From an uncultured bacterium (lineage in GTDB: Bacteria > Abyssobacteria > SURF-5): a stretch of 64,000 nucleotides of DNA. Below are positions 45,537 to 54,878 of this stretch, piece by piece. Position 1 is the first letter of the stretch, and the number at the start of each line of letters is the position of its first letter. The stretch is from NCBI GenBank assembly GCA_964607485.1, contig CAZSKP010000015.1:32001-96000 (forward strand), written 5' to 3'. The translations under genes and the position numbers were made by a program. Below the pieces are notes generated by a model. It did not search any database. It was not told the origin of the DNA and worked only from the letters and a program-made list of their open reading frames with translations.

Positions 45537-45788
45537 ATCCTCCCACCCTGTTAAAACCCTAAACCTTAATATTATACCTCATAAACCCCACCGAAGTCCA
45601 GTCCCTATAGAGCCTTGTCTTCATATTGGCGAAAAAAAACGCCGACGCCGGGAGGGTGGAGGCGGCAATGGTGGGCCCAATCAGGCCTCTTTCGCTCTTT
45701 TTCGTCGGATTGTATGCCGGATTCGAGGCCGATTCATGTTTACAACGGGGCGGTTCTCTGGTAGTATTATGGGCCGGAGGAAACAGAA

Positions 45789-46427
45789 ATGACGACAATA
45801 TACCTCATCCGTCACGGTCAGACCGATTGGAACAGGGACAAAATCTTCCGCGGCAGGGCCGACGTGCCTCTTAACGAGCGTGGGCGCGAGGAAGCCAGCG
45901 CGCTCTCGAGACACCTGGAGCACGTCCGCCCGCGCGCATGCTATTCGAGCCCGCTCAGCCGCGCGTTTGAGACCGCCGAGATAGCCTGCCGCCCGCACTC
46001 CCTCAAGGTGCAGTCCGACGAGGGCGTTATCGACATCGATTACGGCACGTGGCAGGGACTGCCCGACGCCGAGGTGAGCAAGCGGTTCGCCCCGTTGCGC
46101 CGACGCTGGCTCGAGACGCCCCATCGCGTCAAATTCCCCGGCGGCGAGAGCCTGGCGATGGTCAGGAAGCGTGCGCTCGACTCGCTGGAGCGCATCAGGT
46201 TCGAACACCCCGAGGGCATCGTGTTCGTGGTTGCGCATCGGGTGGTCACCAAGGTGATAATGTGCGCCGCCTTGGGGCTGGCCAACTCCGCCTTCTGGAA
46301 GATTCGGCAGGACAACTGCGCCTACAACATCATCGAGCTTTCCGAACAGGGCGCCGTCGTCGTCCTGATGAACGACACGTGCCACATGAGAGCCGCCGGC
46401 ATCGCCCCGACGCTCGCCGACTTCTAG
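45789..46427 (+). CDS. Histidine phosphatase (phosphoglycerate mutase family)
   Basis: LIRHGQT, SSPLSRA, GGES and VAH motifs. Confidence 0.92.
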   Translation: MTTIYLIRHGQTDWNRDKIFRGRADVPLNERGREEASALSRHLEHVRPRACYSSPLSRAFETAEIACRPHSLKVQSDEGVIDIDYGTWQGLPDAEVSKRFAPLRRRWLETPHRVKFPGGESLAMVRKRALDSLERIRFEHPEGIVFVVAHRVVTKVIMCAALGLANSAFWKIRQDNCAYNIIELSEQGAVVVLMNDTCHMRAAGIAPTLADF

Positions 46428-46468
46428 CCGCCCGCATCGTCGATTCATACGCGCGAACCAAGCGGAAC

Positions 46469-46541
46469 GCCACAGAGTTCACCGAGAGCACAGAGACCTG
46501 GAAAGGAATAATCTCTCCGAGAACTCTGTGCCCTCTGTGGC
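46469..46541. repeat. Palindromic triple-unit repeat A (CACAGAG-type)
   Basis: GCCACAGAGTTCACCGAGAGCACAGAG ... CTCTGTGCCCTCTGTGGC. Confidence 0.8.
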
Positions 46542-46590
46542 TTTATCAATCCTCCCTGTGGTAAAATGCCGACATCGGGAAGAAACGTCC

Positions 46591-49500
46591 ATGCCGGAAG
46601 CCCCAGCCGAAATAACGCGCCTCATCGAGCGGTTCGACCGCAACATCGAATCCTACCGCGCCCCCGGCTACAAGGAAGCCCAACTGCGCGCCGAGTTCAT
46701 CAATCTATTCTTTGAGGCGCTCGGCTGGGACGTGCGCAACATCGAGGGCCGCGCCGAGGCATACAAGGACGTGATCCACGAGGACGCCATCAAGGTTGGC
46801 GCGCCCGACTACTGCTTCCGCATCGGGGGCACGCGCAAGTTCTTCGTCGAGACCAAGAAACCCGCGATTGACATCAAGGCCGACGGCAGGGGCAAGGACA
46901 CGCCGGCCTATCAGCTTCGCCGCTACGCGTGGAGCGCAAAACTGCCGCTCTCCATCCTGACCGATTTCGAGGAGTTCGCCGTTTACGACTGTCGCATCCG
47001 CCCGAAGCAGTCCGACAAGGTCAGCACCGCCCGCATCTTCTACTGCACACATCGAGAGTACCCGGAAAAGTGGGAATACATCGCAGGCATCTTCTCGAAG
47101 GAGGCGGTGCTGCTAGGCTCGTTCGACAAATACGCCGAATCCACGCGAGGCAAGCGCGGCACCTCGCAGGTTGACGCCGAGTTTCTAAAAGAAATCGAGG
47201 GCTGGCGCGAGATGCTCGCGCGCAACATCGCGCTGCGCAATCCCAACCTTTCGGTGCGCGAGCTGAACTTCTCCGTCCAGCGCACAATCGACCGCATCAT
47301 CTTCCTTCGCATGGCCGAAGACAGAGGCATCGAATCGTACGGGCAACTCCAGCAGCTCTTGAACGGAACCGAGGTGTACGCCCGGCTGCGCAACATATAC
47401 GACGGCGCCGACAAGCGTTACAACTCGGGCCTGTTCCATTTCCAGAAGGAGAAAGGCCGCGACGAGCCGCCCGACGAACTGACGCCGACCTTGAAGATCG
47501 ACGACAAGGCGCTCAAAGACATCTTCAAGCATCTCTACTATCCCGACAGCCCCTACGAGTTCTCCGTGCTCGGCGGCAACATCCTCGGCAATGTGTACGA
47601 GCAGTTCCTCGGCAAGGTGATCCGCCTCACACCCGGCCACCGCGCCCGCGTCGAAGAGAAGCCGGAGGTGAAAAAGGCCGGCGGCGTGTACTACACGCCC
47701 TCCTACATCGTTGACTATATCGTCAAGCACACCGTCGGCAAATTATGCGAGGGAAAGACCCCGAAAGAGGTCTCGAAGCTCAAAATCCTCGACCCCGCGT
47801 GCGGCTCGGGCTCGTTCCTCATCGGCGCGTACACCTACCTGCTCGACTGGCACCGCGACCTGTACGCGAAGGAACCCAAGAAACACGCCGACAAGGTGTA
47901 CCAGGGCCCCGGCGGACTGTGGTACCTCAGCACGCGCGAGAAGAAGAGGATACTGCTCAACAACATCTATGGCGTCGATATCGACGGTCAGTCCGTCGAG
48001 GTCACCAAGCTAAATTTGTTGCTGAAACTGCTCGAGGGCGAGAACCAGGACACGCTCGAACGCCAGTTGAAGCTGTGGCGCGAGCGCGCACTGCCCGACC
48101 TCGCCTCGAACATCAAGTGCGGCAACTCGCTCATCGGCCCCGATTTTTATGATTTTCATCAGATGGACCTCTTCGACGAAGAGGAACGCTACCGCATCAA
48201 CGTGTTCGACTGGAACGCCGCCTTTCCCGAAATCTTCAAGGGCAAAAACCCCGGCTTCGATGCCGTCGTAGGAAATCCGCCATACGTGCGGATTCAGACG
48301 ATGAAGGAATGGGCTTCACAAGAGGCAGCATTCTACAAGGGCGCGTATGCAACCGCGGGTAAGGGAAATTATGACATCTATGTAGTGTTTGTCGAGAAAG
48401 GGCTTGCCTTGTTGCGGGAGAAAGGTTACTTAGGAGTCATAGTCTCAAGCAAATTCATGAAAGCGCAATATGGAGAACCGCTACGTGCACTAATAGCGAG
48501 TGGCAAGCATCTGGCCGAAGTTGTGCATTTTGAAAGCGAACAAGTCTTCGAGGGGCCGACAACTTACACTTGCCTACTATTCCTCAGCAAGAGTGAGCGA
48601 CGATTTTATGATTATTCATGCATTCCCGACATACCTCTCTGGCGCAGCGGACACAGTTTTCCTCTTGCAAGACTGTCGGCTGAAAGCGTGGGTCATGGTC
48701 CATGGAACTTTTCGGTAGGTGAAGGAGCCTCAATCCTGAGGCGGCTGGAGAGTACACCAGTCAAGCTTAAGGATGTTTCGCGTCTTTTTGTAGGTTTGCA
48801 GACAGATGCCGATGATGTTTTCATTCTGGAACAAGTAGAATTAAGAGAAGATCGAGTAATTTGTTCTTCTAAAGCCACGGAAGAACAACACGAATTCGAG
48901 GATGTCCATTTAAAGAAACTCTTGAAGGGCTCCTTAAACATTCGCCGATATTATTTTTCCGACATTACGAAGCGACTCATTTTCCCTTATGAAACTGAGA
49001 ATAATCGCTCAATACTTATCGACCAGACTGCGTACGCAAGAAGATTCCCTCTGACTTGGAGTTACCTCGTCCGTAACAGGGAAAGACTCGCTAGGCGAAG
49101 CAAAGGCAATTTGAAAAAATCGGAGTGGCATGGCTATGTTTACAAGAAGAATCATACGCTTTTCGGATATTCGAAGATCGTAGTGCCTTCAATTGGGACG
49201 GGTAGTTGCTTTGCGCTAGATTCAGAGGGGGAATTCTATTTTGTCGGTAGCGGCGGCGGTGGGGGTGGTGGTTACGGCATTATTCCGCATCCCGAACAAG
49301 AGTTTTCCCTCTACTATTTGCTCGGAGTTTTGAATTCGCGACTTCTCGATTATTTTCTGAAGAATACTAGCACGCCATACAGGGGCGGATACATTGCCCT
49401 GAATAAGCAGTACATCGAACAACTTCCTGTGCGTATAATCGACTTCTCCAACAGGCAGGAATTAGCCCGCCATGACAAGATGGTAAGCCTCGTCCAGACA

Positions 49501-49671
49501 ATGCTCGAACTGCATAAGAAGCTTCATGGGGCGAGGACGCCGGATGAGAAGACGATGCTCCAGCGGCAGATCGACGCGACCGACCGGCAGATCGACAATA
49601 TCGTGTACGAACTCTACGGGTTGACAGATGAGGAAATAGCTATAGTCGAAGAAGCAACGAAGAAGAGCTGA
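46591..49671 (+). CDS. Type IIG restriction endonuclease-methyltransferase (Eco57I/TaqI-C-like)
   Basis: PDY..VETKK PD-(D/E)xK nuclease, LDPACGSGSF motif I, GNPPY motif IV, C-terminal TRD and YELYGLT tail; ATG 46591. Confidence 0.92.
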   Translation: MPEAPAEITRLIERFDRNIESYRAPGYKEAQLRAEFINLFFEALGWDVRNIEGRAEAYKDVIHEDAIKVGAPDYCFRIGGTRKFFVETKKPAIDIKADGRGKDTPAYQLRRYAWSAKLPLSILTDFEEFAVYDCRIRPKQSDKVSTARIFYCTHREYPEKWEYIAGIFSKEAVLLGSFDKYAESTRGKRGTSQVDAEFLKEIEGWREMLARNIALRNPNLSVRELNFSVQRTIDRIIFLRMAEDRGIESYGQLQQLLNGTEVYARLRNIYDGADKRYNSGLFHFQKEKGRDEPPDELTPTLKIDDKALKDIFKHLYYPDSPYEFSVLGGNILGNVYEQFLGKVIRLTPGHRARVEEKPEVKKAGGVYYTPSYIVDYIVKHTVGKLCEGKTPKEVSKLKILDPACGSGSFLIGAYTYLLDWHRDLYAKEPKKHADKVYQGPGGLWYLSTREKKRILLNNIYGVDIDGQSVEVTKLNLLLKLLEGENQDTLERQLKLWRERALPDLASNIKCGNSLIGPDFYDFHQMDLFDEEERYRINVFDWNAAFPEIFKGKNPGFDAVVGNPPYVRIQTMKEWASQEAAFYKGAYATAGKGNYDIYVVFVEKGLALLREKGYLGVIVSSKFMKAQYGEPLRALIASGKHLAEVVHFESEQVFEGPTTYTCLLFLSKSERRFYDYSCIPDIPLWRSGHSFPLARLSAESVGHGPWNFSVGEGASILRRLESTPVKLKDVSRLFVGLQTDADDVFILEQVELREDRVICSSKATEEQHEFEDVHLKKLLKGSLNIRRYYFSDITKRLIFPYETENNRSILIDQTAYARRFPLTWSYLVRNRERLARRSKGNLKKSEWHGYVYKKNHTLFGYSKIVVPSIGTGSCFALDSEGEFYFVGSGGGGGGGYGIIPHPEQEFSLYYLLGVLNSRLLDYFLKNTSTPYRGGYIALNKQYIEQLPVRIIDFSNRQELARHDKMVSLVQTMLELHKKLHGARTPDEKTMLQRQIDATDRQIDNIVYELYGLTDEEIAIVEEATKKS

Positions 49672-49682
49672 AAAGATTTCAG

Positions 49683-49770
49683 ACCACGGGGAGCACGGGG
49701 AACCACGGGGGAACGACAGAAAGGATTTAAAGATAGTTTTTCCCCGTGACACCCCGTGTCCCCCGTGGTT
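49683..49770. repeat. Palindromic triple-unit repeat B (CACGGGG-type)
   Basis: ACCACGGGGAGCACGGGGAACCACGGGGG ... TCCCCGTGACACCCCGTGTCCCCCGTGGT. Confidence 0.85.
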
Positions 49771-49796
49771 GAAGAAGGTCTCTAAGATTGCAGCCT

Positions 49797-49880
49797 CAAA
49801 TCGACAGCCTTATATATTAACTCCACGGCCTCACCGACGACGAAATCGCCATCGTCGAAGAAGCAACTCAAAAGAAATGA
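49797..49880 (+). pseudogene. Relic duplicate of the RM gene 3' end
   Basis: Translates QIDSLIY*LHGLTDDEIAIVEEATQKK*, versus QIDNIVYELYGLTDEEIAIVEEATKKS* at the end of the intact gene. Confidence 0.85.
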
Positions 49881-49891
49881 AGGACATTCCA

Positions 49892-49997
49892 AACCACGGA
49901 GAGCACGGAGATACACGGAGATAGAAAACCAGAAGAACTTCCGAACTTAATAAGAGTCTTTGACTTTCCTCCGTGCCCCTCCGTGTGCTCCGTGGTT
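49892..49997. repeat. Palindromic triple-unit repeat C (CACGGAG-type)
   Basis: AACCACGGAGAGCACGGAGATACACGGAG ... CTCCGTGCCCCTCCGTGTGCTCCGTGGTT. Confidence 0.85.
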
Positions 49998-50024
49998 GAA
50001 AAAATCTTTTGAGGTAATTACGTA

Positions 50025-50408
50025 ATGGACCTGAAGGATTGCGATGAAGACCTGATAGAAAGAATCATCACTGCCGCCATCGCGGTTCATCGTTCGCTGG
50101 GCCCCGGCCTACTCGAATCGGTATATGAGCATGCACTCATGATCGAATTAGATAAAGCGGGGATTCCGGCACGTAATCAGGTGGAAATCGCGGCGCAGTA
50201 TAGCGGTCAAGACCTCGGCCTCGGTTTTCGGGCCGATATTATCGTGGCTGATTCGCTGCTGTTGGAAATCAAATCCGTCAAGGAACTCACCGACCTGCAT
50301 GTGGCACAACTGATTACGTACCTCAAACTGCTCGGCTTCAAGCGCGGCTACCTCCTGAATTTCAACAAAAAGCTCCTCAAAGACGGCATAAGACGCATTT
50401 CCATCTAG
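50025..50408 (+). CDS. GxxExxY protein (PD-(D/E)xK nuclease fold)
   Basis: LGPGLLESVYE, RADIIV, LLEIKS and AQLITYLK motifs; 127 aa. Confidence 0.93.
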   Translation: MDLKDCDEDLIERIITAAIAVHRSLGPGLLESVYEHALMIELDKAGIPARNQVEIAAQYSGQDLGLGFRADIIVADSLLLEIKSVKELTDLHVAQLITYLKLLGFKRGYLLNFNKKLLKDGIRRISI

Positions 50409-50409
50409 T

Positions 50410-50513
50410 TCCCCGTGACGTCCCGTGGTTGAAATAATCTTTGAGGTAACCCAGAAAGCTCTCAGAAAGATTTTTCCCTACCAGATCTCTGTGTTCTCGG
50501 TGTCCTCTGTGGC
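50410..50513. repeat. Two right-arm copies of the triple-unit repeat (D and E)
   Basis: TCCCCGTGACGTCCCGTGGTT at 50410 and TCTCTGTGTTCTCGGTGTCCTCTGTGGC at 50486. Confidence 0.75.
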
Positions 50514-50555
50514 TTCATCAATCTTCGCCTTTGCGGTGAAGAATGTGTCAGCGGG

Positions 50556-52886
50556 CTACTTCTTGGCCGCCAGGATTTCGGTTTTCTTCAGGTGGTGGCG
50601 TTCGACGACAAGCGATATCGTGTTGCCCGATTGGTCGGCGGGGAAGAAGTAGAACCGGGGGCTGGTCTCGGTGTAGTTCTCCGACGTGTATCCCTCCAGC
50701 ACCTCTCCGTCGTGAAACGTGAGCCTCATGTGGGTGCCGTGAATCTGTGTCTCGGGCGACACGATCTTCCTGCCTATCTGCCCGTCGAAGTCTCTGACGA
50801 AATAGACGGCCTTCAGGTCGGCGAATGCGACATATGTCTCGTCGGTCGAACCGGGCAGCGCATCTCTCGGGAGCAGGCTGAAACCGTCGCTCTCGATGTC
50901 CCAACTGGCCGGGGTCCCTTTCAGGATGCGCCCGTCGAGGTATCTGACCACGATTTGTTTGTACGGATGCGGGTTCTCGAACCGAAACGCGTATGACCCT
51001 ATCTCGACCATATCCCTGTGGCTCAGCGGCGTCGGCTGGTTTATCTTTTGAAGATTCACTATGACGGAGTTCCTGCCGACGGGTTCGATGAATATTCGCA
51101 CCTTTCCTCTATCGTTCCGGGCATACACCTCGCAGTGGGCGGCCGCGACTGATTTGTGAGGCAGAGTGACGCCCGCGTCCTTGGAGCTTCCGAACGTCAG
51201 AGAATCACGTCCCAGAGTCTTTCCCACATTGTGCAGGTTAATGGTCACCAGCCTCGACTTCTCGCGCGGCTTGCCCTTGAGATGCAGGAGGACAAGCTTT
51301 CCTTCCAGCGCGCTATCCGGTCGGAGTCTCAGCCACCAGTAACCCGCCGCGGCCGCAATCAGCGCCACCATAAAGATTATGAGACCGGGAACCACAAGTT
51401 TCCCAAGCCATGAGAACAGGCCCGAGATCGCCCGGCTGCCCGCCGACGGAGGCGCCACCTTGATGCGGACCTCGATCAGGCTCTTGGAAAAGCCCACTGC
51501 GCCTCTTGCGCCCGAGAGGTGAATGGCGCCTTCGAGTGTCATGGAATGGGCGGCCTGAAAGCTTTCGTCCGTCGCGACGGTGACCACGAGTTCCCGTATA
51601 TTGTCCTGCTTCTCGACCTTTGCGGCAAGCGTCATGCCTTCGGGCAGCACGATGTCGGAGTCGGCCCTGAAGTCTTCACCGGCGGCAGCCTCGTTGGGCA
51701 CAAGCAGAACGCTCTGCGTTTCCTGGAATACCCTGCGAGGGTCGATCGGCCCGAACTCGAGCCGCCCTTCCTGCATAACCTCAACATGCGGCTGGCGGAT
51801 TGTCATCGTAATGGGAATCTCGGGAGGGTCGATAAAAAGCACCTGCCCGGGCAGCGGCTTGAGCTCGAGTGCGCCGACGATGGTTCCCTCGTGCAGGCTG
51901 TCCACCTTTATAATGAAGTCTCTGTTCCAGGCTTTGTTCGAGCAGTTGAGCGCGGGCGGCGAGACTTCGATAATCGTCTTCCATGACGGGTTTTCCCTGA
52001 ATCGCGAGTTTGCGCCGGTTACGATGATGTTCTGCGAAAGGTTCCCACGGCCAGGGAAGAAAGCCAGCGATACGGTGGCGACCGCCTTGGGGCCGAGGAG
52101 CGTTCCGAGGTCTATGGAAACGGGCTCGACGAATACCTGTGAGAAGGCGAGCGGCGGCTTTCTTTTCGGAGCCCCGGGGAGGCCTCCGCCGACGTCGAAC
52201 GATGAGCCTTTCACGGTCTTCATGAAGGATAAGACCTCGGGGTCGGGGTCATCGCCGAGCGAGAGATAGAAGAATGACGACGTGGGGCGTTCGAGCAGGC
52301 CGGGATACTTTTTCAGTATTTCATCGAACGTCATGGGATTGGCGACGCCCTCAGGGGGATTGTTCTTCCCGTCGGACATAAGCACCAAGGATCTCAGGTG
52401 GTCGGGGTATTTCTCCGCCAGCAGGCGCAACTCCTCCATCCCTTTGTCGAGCGCGCCTGTTATGTAAGTGTAGTACTGGTTGGGTTCAAGGCCTGCAAGC
52501 TCGCGCTCGATGAGCTTCATGTCCTCATCCGACGAAATCTTCTGCCGAATTCGCAGCTCCACTTTCTCGCCGAAACTGATCAGCACCACGTTGTCGCCCG
52601 GCTGCCCCTCGTGTACATATTCGAGTATGGCGTGCTTTACGTCGTGGAAGATGCTTTGCATGCTGGAAGAGGTATCGACGAGAAAGACGATGTCGTGGTT
52701 CTTTTCGGTGCGGTCGGACGCCATTGCGGGCCGGCCGGCGAAAACGGCGGGGAGGAAGAAGAAGACAATTGCAAGAGCGAAGAGCAAACGATACTGCCCG
52801 CCGAGCGTACCGACTACGGCATGATCGCCCCTCGCGGAGTGGCCACGGAAGTTTGTTAGGATGCGCCTTCGCGCCAAGATGGTCAT
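50556..52886 (-). CDS. Membrane protein: VWA ectodomain, TM, degenerate FHA-like domain and DUF6982-like C-terminal domain
   Basis: Signal-like segment, MIDAS DTSSS..T..SDG, TM VVPGLIIFMVALIAAAAGYWW, FGS..SVAAAH FHA-like, VVRYLDGRILKG..LKAVYFVRDF; the ORF-track extension to 53822 is antisense to the ligase. Confidence 0.75.
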   Translation of the reverse strand: MTILARRRILTNFRGHSARGDHAVVGTLGGQYRLLFALAIVFFFLPAVFAGRPAMASDRTEKNHDIVFLVDTSSSMQSIFHDVKHAILEYVHEGQPGDNVVLISFGEKVELRIRQKISSDEDMKLIERELAGLEPNQYYTYITGALDKGMEELRLLAEKYPDHLRSLVLMSDGKNNPPEGVANPMTFDEILKKYPGLLERPTSSFFYLSLGDDPDPEVLSFMKTVKGSSFDVGGGLPGAPKRKPPLAFSQVFVEPVSIDLGTLLGPKAVATVSLAFFPGRGNLSQNIIVTGANSRFRENPSWKTIIEVSPPALNCSNKAWNRDFIIKVDSLHEGTIVGALELKPLPGQVLFIDPPEIPITMTIRQPHVEVMQEGRLEFGPIDPRRVFQETQSVLLVPNEAAAGEDFRADSDIVLPEGMTLAAKVEKQDNIRELVVTVATDESFQAAHSMTLEGAIHLSGARGAVGFSKSLIEVRIKVAPPSAGSRAISGLFSWLGKLVVPGLIIFMVALIAAAAGYWWLRLRPDSALEGKLVLLHLKGKPREKSRLVTINLHNVGKTLGRDSLTFGSSKDAGVTLPHKSVAAAHCEVYARNDRGKVRIFIEPVGRNSVIVNLQKINQPTPLSHRDMVEIGSYAFRFENPHPYKQIVVRYLDGRILKGTPASWDIESDGFSLLPRDALPGSTDETYVAFADLKAVYFVRDFDGQIGRKIVSPETQIHGTHMRLTFHDGEVLEGYTSENYTETSPRFYFFPADQSGNTISLVVERHHLKKTEILAAKK

Positions 52887-53075
52887 TCCCAAACCTTGTG
52901 AGGCCCAGTATAGCACCTTCGCGAGTTCTTTTTCAAGGAAGCCGACCGGCGGGGATCTGATTACTCTGTTCCTCGACAGTGCTTCACATCGCGGGGGGAT
53001 ATATGATAGAATCTGCTCCGAAGCGCCTTGGCGCTGAGTCGTCCTCAAGCTGGATGCGCTATTCGGAGGTGTGTA

Positions 53076-54728
53076 ATGGAGAAACCATGGCTCAAGCATT
53101 ACGACTACTTTGTGCCCACAACGCTTCGGTACCCGAAGGTGCCGGTTCACTTCATGCTCGACATGGCGGCATCGAGGTTTAAAGATGCCCCTGCAACCGA
53201 TTTCTACGGAGCCGAGCTGAGCTATCGAGAGCTCAGGGCACAGGTCAACAAGCTTGCCTCTGCGCTTGTCGGGATTGGAATCAAGAAGGGCGACCGTGTC
53301 GGCCTGATGCTGCCCAACTGTCCTCAAATCATCATCGCATACTACGCCGTACTGCGCATCGGGGCCATCGTGGTCAACGTGAATCCGCTTTACACCGAGC
53401 GTGAACTGGAGCACCAGGCAAATGACAGCGGAATGGAGACGATGTTCTGTCTCGATATGCACGTAGATAAGGTGAGGAAGATCAAGAAGGAGACCTCGAT
53501 CAAGCGGACAGTGGTCACCCGCATAACCGATTTCATGATCCCGGAAGTGAGAGACGCCGCGGGCGCCTATGAGCTCATGGAGGCGGAACACGGATTTCTG
53601 AACTTGTTGAACAGCGCCGGCGACAGTCTTCCGCCCGTGGTGGAGATAGACGTTAGGGAGCCCGCCGTTCTTCAATACACCGGCGGCACGACGGGCCTGA
53701 GCAAGGGCGCCACGCTTTCGCACATGAATATCCTTGCCAATACGCTTCAGACGGCGATGTGGGCCAGGGACCTCATGCCGCGCGACCAGCAGATTTATCT
53801 CATTGTCATTCCAATCTTTCATTCATACGGGATGACGTGCGGCATGAACAGCGGCATCTTCAACGGAGTGAAGATGGTGCTCATCCCTCGTTTCGATATC
53901 GACCAAATGCTGAACGCGTTTGCCACTCATGATGTGACATACTTTCCCGGCGTGCCCACGCTGTTCACCGCCATACTGAACCATCCGAACGCGGCGGAGG
54001 CGGGGCTCGACCGCGTGGCGGTCTTTAACTCGGGCTCGGCTCCTCTTCCCATCGAGACGATAAACGGCATCACGGCTCTGGGCATCTCGATGACCGAAGG
54101 CTATGGCCTCAGCGAGGCCTCGCCCGTTACGCATTCCACGCCCTTTCTCGGCATCAGAAAACCCGGGAGCATAGGCATTCCTTTCCCCGACACCGACGCC
54201 AAGATCGTCGATCCCGAAGACTGGCAGAAAGAGCGTCCCGTCGGAAGTGACGGCGAGCTTATCATCAAAGGCCCGCAGGTTATGCTCGGCTACTGGAACA
54301 AGCCGGAGGAAACCGAGCAGACGCTGAAGGACGGGTGGCTGCTGACGGGCGACATCGCCCGCATGGACGAGGACGGCTATTTCTACATAGTGGACAGGAA
54401 GAAGGACTTGATAATCGCCGGTGGTTATAATATCTATCCCCGCGAAGTGGACGAGGTGCTGTTCTCTCATCCGAAAGTGCTCGAGGCCGTCACGGTGGGC
54501 GTCCCTCACGAATATCGGGGTGAGACCGTCAAGGCATTCATCGTTCTCCAGCCGGGCGAAAAAGCGACCGCGGATGAGATTACCGCTTTCTGCAAGGAGA
54601 ATCTCGCCGCCTACAAGGTGCCCAAGATAATAGAATTCAGGGACGAGCTGCCGAAAACGGCGGTGGGCAAAATCCTCCGCAAGGAACTCAGGGCCGAAGA
54701 ACTGGCGAAGGCGAAAAAGGGGAAATAG
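53076..54728 (+). CDS. fadD: Long-chain fatty acid--CoA ligase
   Basis: YTGGTTGLSKG, EGYGLSEASP, TGDIA and PKTAVGKI; ATG 53076 after GGAGG. Confidence 0.9.
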   Translation: MEKPWLKHYDYFVPTTLRYPKVPVHFMLDMAASRFKDAPATDFYGAELSYRELRAQVNKLASALVGIGIKKGDRVGLMLPNCPQIIIAYYAVLRIGAIVVNVNPLYTERELEHQANDSGMETMFCLDMHVDKVRKIKKETSIKRTVVTRITDFMIPEVRDAAGAYELMEAEHGFLNLLNSAGDSLPPVVEIDVREPAVLQYTGGTTGLSKGATLSHMNILANTLQTAMWARDLMPRDQQIYLIVIPIFHSYGMTCGMNSGIFNGVKMVLIPRFDIDQMLNAFATHDVTYFPGVPTLFTAILNHPNAAEAGLDRVAVFNSGSAPLPIETINGITALGISMTEGYGLSEASPVTHSTPFLGIRKPGSIGIPFPDTDAKIVDPEDWQKERPVGSDGELIIKGPQVMLGYWNKPEETEQTLKDGWLLTGDIARMDEDGYFYIVDRKKDLIIAGGYNIYPREVDEVLFSHPKVLEAVTVGVPHEYRGETVKAFIVLQPGEKATADEITAFCKENLAAYKVPKIIEFRDELPKTAVGKILRKELRAEELAKAKKGK

Positions 54729-54774
54729 AACCTGACGCTTCTTCAAGTAAATCGGCGTTCTTTCTCGGCATTTT

Positions 54775-54802
54775 GCAGGGGCGGTTCTCGAACCGCCCCT
54801 AC
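54775..54802. repeat. GTAG-type REP-like palindrome
   Basis: GCAGGGGCGGTTCTCGAACCGCCCCTAC. Confidence 0.7.
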
Positions 54803-54878
54803 ATCGTCGAAGAAACCCGCTGTAACATCTTTGCCGCTGCAGGCATTCGAGTAACAGGTGGTAAGCAAGGAAAGTAAG

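Larger units (their letters stand above)
46469..50513. mobile_element. Putative repeat-bounded RM / GxxExxY cassette
   Basis: Imperfect terminal inverted repeats (46469-46514 vs 50468-50513, 39/46 identical by hand alignment) with internal related palindromes; no transposase or target-site duplication seen. Confidence 0.5.

Noticed and set aside
46770-46910. Possible short indels near the RM nuclease motif (IKVGAPDY; ADGRGKDTP)
   Set aside because: In frame with PD..ExK retained; cannot be judged without an alignment
49683-50513. CRISPR array interpretation of the CACGG(A/G)G repeats
   Set aside because: The units are 9-10 nt and arranged as inverted arms, with no constant repeat-spacer period and no cas genes
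52887-53822. N-terminal 312 aa of the 1088-aa ORF 50556..53822
   Set aside because: Mostly antisense to the well-supported acyl-CoA ligase; the signal peptide and VWA domain begin after ~52886
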